Shown: piece by piece, positions 61,065-64,000 of the stretch
Layout: each line of letters begins with the position of its first letter
Numbering within the stretch: the stretch's first letter is position 1
Origin: a virus
Strand: one strand, 5' to 3'
IMG/VR virus record: IMGVR_UViG_3300042463_000890
Location: 22,649 to 86,648 of that record
Length of the DNA stretch: 64,000 nt
The notes under the pieces: model-generated
What the model was told of the DNA's origin: nothing
Databases searched by the model: none
Seen by the model: the letters and a program-made list of their open reading frames with translations, nothing else
Made by a program: the position numbers and the translations under genes

Positions 61065-62894
61065 ATGGCAATAGAAAACGCAATAAATTGTTTTTTTCCG
61101 ACCAACATTTGGTCTATAAACTTTAATAATAACGTAATAAATGTAGGTGAATTTTGGTATTGTTCAAATTCATTAGACCCTATGGCAGCAGATAAAGTAC
61201 TATGTGCTGAAATTACATTAAATACAGATGAACCTACTTCGCAGTTTAGCGCGGTGACACAATATTCAAATTGTTACGATTGTTGGTCTAACAATTATGG
61301 TCTTTTTGTATTTGAATCTTGTAGCGGAAGTTTTCGATTTCCTTTGGTTATTGATGTTAGTGCTCTAACTGAACCGTTTTTTTCAACATTTATTGATGGT
61401 ACTTATTATATTGAATGTGAAGTAAATGGATTTCCTGTTAGTGGTTGTTTTTTTACTAAAGAACCATTTTTACCTACATTAAAACAGTATGAAGAAATAG
61501 AATTCGAACTACAAAATTTTGGCGCTGACATTGTAAGAGGTGTGGTAGGTATCACTGCCTTTACAGGATGTCAAGAATGTCTATTAAATAGTCCTGTTAT
61601 ATATGAGGTATCCAATTGTGCTATTGATGGTCAGACAGATTATGTTCAATTACCAAATAACAGTTTTGTCCTTAATGATTTAATTTCCTATACCGACGGA
61701 ATTGACGAATTTTGTGGAGTTATTGCTGGTTTATCAGAAAGTTCAGTACCTGAATACACATTTGTTAGTTATTATGGTAATGATGTTAGATGTGATGATT
61801 GTTTAGAACAAGCAAATAATAAATATTTAATAACAAATTGTGTTGATTCAAACATACAACAAGTTGTATGGGGGTCTCAATTATTTCAAAACGGAAGTGT
61901 TTCTAATTTACAATTTGGTGGAGGATGTTATGAGGTTTCAGGACAAACAACCGACCCAGTAACATTAAATTTATTTTTAGATTTTGAACCTCAACCTACC
62001 TGTACATCTTGTTTGGAATGTAATGGTATAATTTATGAATATGCTTATTGTGACGAACCAACAGTTAAAGTAGGTGAAGTCTTATCTTACCAAATAATTC
62101 CAGTAGGGTCTGTGTTTTATCACCCTAACGAAGATTTATACGTTTTAAGATTAAATGCTATCCCACAACCGATAGTTGGTATTAATTTTACATTATATAG
62201 TGCAATTATTGGTAATGATTGTCTTTCGGTAGTACCTCCTGTTGGTGTATGGAATGCTAATATTTGTGGAACAGATATTCAAATATCTTTAACCATTATA
62301 GGTGGAGTTGGTAATGTGGGTGAAATAAGACAAGTTTTATGGGGGGAAAACGAATTGTTTTGTGTAGAACTAATTAGAGAAGGTAGTTTTAATACAAATT
62401 CTTTTGTTTCAACATCCATAGTATATAATAGTTGTGAAGAATGTGCAAGTGGTACAACGATAGGTTTAAGAACCGTTAATTGTTATACACAAGAAATTGA
62501 AGTTATTGATTTATCATACTCGGCATGGACTCAGGTAACAAATTATGCAAATTTTTCAGACTTTACCCCTTTTAATTGTTTATTAGATTCAAATGGTTAT
62601 TGTAGAACTTTTCCTGAAATTTGTCCTGTAACACCTGTTGGTAATTTAGTAGGTCTTAATGACCAATATTTAAACTGCCCTATTTGTATAGCATTAAATC
62701 CTGAACCTCCTAATATGACTTTTAGTGCAGGTACAGAATATTTGGTTTGTAATATATGTGATGACTGTTGTGGTTCAGGTGCTACATCAACTTCAATAGT
62801 TCCCCCACATCCTACATGGACTCGTCCTGACGGAAATGCGGTTGTATTATTGGATGCGGTATCTTTAGGAGGAATGTTTGGGTTAAATTCTTAA
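61065..62894 (+). CDS. Cys-rich repeat protein (C...C...CxxC modules)
   Basis: CYDC, CQEC, CDDC, CTSC, CEEC, CPIC recurring at intervals. Confidence 0.65.
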   Translation: MAIENAINCFFPTNIWSINFNNNVINVGEFWYCSNSLDPMAADKVLCAEITLNTDEPTSQFSAVTQYSNCYDCWSNNYGLFVFESCSGSFRFPLVIDVSALTEPFFSTFIDGTYYIECEVNGFPVSGCFFTKEPFLPTLKQYEEIEFELQNFGADIVRGVVGITAFTGCQECLLNSPVIYEVSNCAIDGQTDYVQLPNNSFVLNDLISYTDGIDEFCGVIAGLSESSVPEYTFVSYYGNDVRCDDCLEQANNKYLITNCVDSNIQQVVWGSQLFQNGSVSNLQFGGGCYEVSGQTTDPVTLNLFLDFEPQPTCTSCLECNGIIYEYAYCDEPTVKVGEVLSYQIIPVGSVFYHPNEDLYVLRLNAIPQPIVGINFTLYSAIIGNDCLSVVPPVGVWNANICGTDIQISLTIIGGVGNVGEIRQVLWGENELFCVELIREGSFNTNSFVSTSIVYNSCEECASGTTIGLRTVNCYTQEIEVIDLSYSAWTQVTNYANFSDFTPFNCLLDSNGYCRTFPEICPVTPVGNLVGLNDQYLNCPICIALNPEPPNMTFSAGTEYLVCNICDDCCGSGATSTSIVPPHPTWTRPDGNAVVLLDAVSLGGMFGLNS

Positions 62895-62922
62895 ATAAAG
62901 ATATTTATTAATAAAAATAGAC

Positions 62923-64000
62923 ATGGCTTCAAATTCAATAGTATGTAATCCTATTTCAGTTAGTAATACAAATATAAACTTTAGTGGGCAAACGGTTTCA
63001 ACAGGTCAAACGTGGCTTGTGGTAGATGACATTACAAATCCTGAAAAATCAAATAATCAGTGTGTCGAGATTTTGTTTTTGTTGGATGACCCAAGTACCA
63101 GTTTAAGTGCGTTAACTCAATACTCTAATTGTTATGATTGTTTAACGGGTAATAGTGCGGTTGTAACATTTGACAATTGTTTTAATCGTACTCAAATTAT
63201 TTTAAATATTTCTGAATTTTCAGAATTAGAATACAATTCATTTAATTCGTCATCAGTTTTTTACTTTAAATACCTACTTAATGGGTCCTTATCTGAAGGA
63301 TGTTTTTTAATTAATAGAATTTCAGTTTTATCTATAAATGATTATAATAGATTGGTTAATTCTAATAAAATTGCGGTTTTGACTGAAAAATATTCTGTTT
63401 CTGATTGCCAAACATGTTTATCAACATACGGCTCAATGTATGAAGTTGAGAACTGTTTAACTATAGATATAGATTATATAATATTATCTACTAACATAAT
63501 AGGGTCTCTTATTTCATATACTGACGGTATTGATGAATTTTGTGGAACCGTTATAAGAGTGTCTATTGAATCCACTCCAACACGTACATTTGTCTTAGAC
63601 TATGGAGCGGTAAGATGTGATACATGTCTGGATAACGCGAATAATAAAATTTTATTAGTGAATTGTTTAGATTCTGAATATACTGAAGTTGTTTGGGGGT
63701 CTCAGTTATTTGCAAATGGTTCCGTATCAAATTTATCAAAAGATACAGGTTGTTTTGAGGTTTCGGGAGAAACTACCGACCCTGTCACAATTAATTACCT
63801 TTTAGATTTTGAACCTCACACAAACTGTGACGATTGTTTAGAATGCAATGGTGTTTACTATCAGTATTCTTTATGTTCTGATTCTGGCACAACCGTAGGT
63901 GAATTCTTATCTTATCAAATTATACCATTAAATGGTGTTTTTTATCACCCTATAATTGGTGATTGGTGTGTTAGAATTGGTGCGTCAAACACTCCTTCAG
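62923..64000 (+). CDS. Cys-rich repeat protein, paralog of 61065..62894 (partial)
   Basis: MASNSIVCNP...TQYSNCYDC...LISYTDGIDEFCG...VVWGSQLFANGSVSNL; open to window end; TATTTAT upstream. Confidence 0.75.
   Translation, partial: MASNSIVCNPISVSNTNINFSGQTVSTGQTWLVVDDITNPEKSNNQCVEILFLLDDPSTSLSALTQYSNCYDCLTGNSAVVTFDNCFNRTQIILNISEFSELEYNSFNSSSVFYFKYLLNGSLSEGCFLINRISVLSINDYNRLVNSNKIAVLTEKYSVSDCQTCLSTYGSMYEVENCLTIDIDYIILSTNIIGSLISYTDGIDEFCGTVIRVSIESTPTRTFVLDYGAVRCDTCLDNANNKILLVNCLDSEYTEVVWGSQLFANGSVSNLSKDTGCFEVSGETTDPVTINYLLDFEPHTNCDDCLECNGVYYQYSLCSDSGTTVGEFLSYQIIPLNGVFYHPIIGDWCVRIGASNTPS

Noticed and set aside
1-64000. Stop-codon reassignment, tRNA genes, integrase or transposase
   Set aside because: Conserved genes are full length in code 11 and TAA, TAG and TGA all end genes; no cloverleaf or mobile-element genes were recognised by eye

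Overview
AT-rich, gene-dense 64-kb segment of a large contractile-tailed (distantly T4-like) jumbo phage, read in the standard bacterial code. The host may be Bacteroidota, inferred only from the A-rich, Shine-Dalgarno-free start contexts. Contents by region: (1) 1-23 kb, tail, baseplate and neck module (sheath, tube, gp26/gp51-like chaperones, tape measure, gp13/14/15-like proteins) with an SNF2 helicase and a SOD fusion. (2) A family B DNA polymerase. (3) 26-38 kb, a minus-strand block in which Thr/Pro-rich mucin-like putative virion proteins surround a five-gene glycosylation cassette headed by a GT60-type polypeptide GlcNAc-transferase and a PLOD-type GT. (4) A small divergent late operon with a stand-alone WYL protein. 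(5) 40.7-54.7 kb, a second sugar-modification and nucleotide-metabolism cluster (GTs, aminotransferase, acyltransferases, BKACE, WbqC, dUTPase, PhoH). (6) A gp55-like sigma factor and further baseplate and Cys-rich structural genes. The best candidate new system is phage-encoded mucin-type O-glycosylation of its own virion proteins. Other highlights: a SOD fused to a restriction-like PD-(D/E)XK nuclease domain that has a paralog nearby, a UUU_CGN +1 frameshift candidate in the tail chaperone, a TATTTAT late-promoter motif, a structured polymerase leader, and two mini-genes missing from the ORF track (RHH, C2H2-like). All family calls come from motif recognition by eye; no searches were run.
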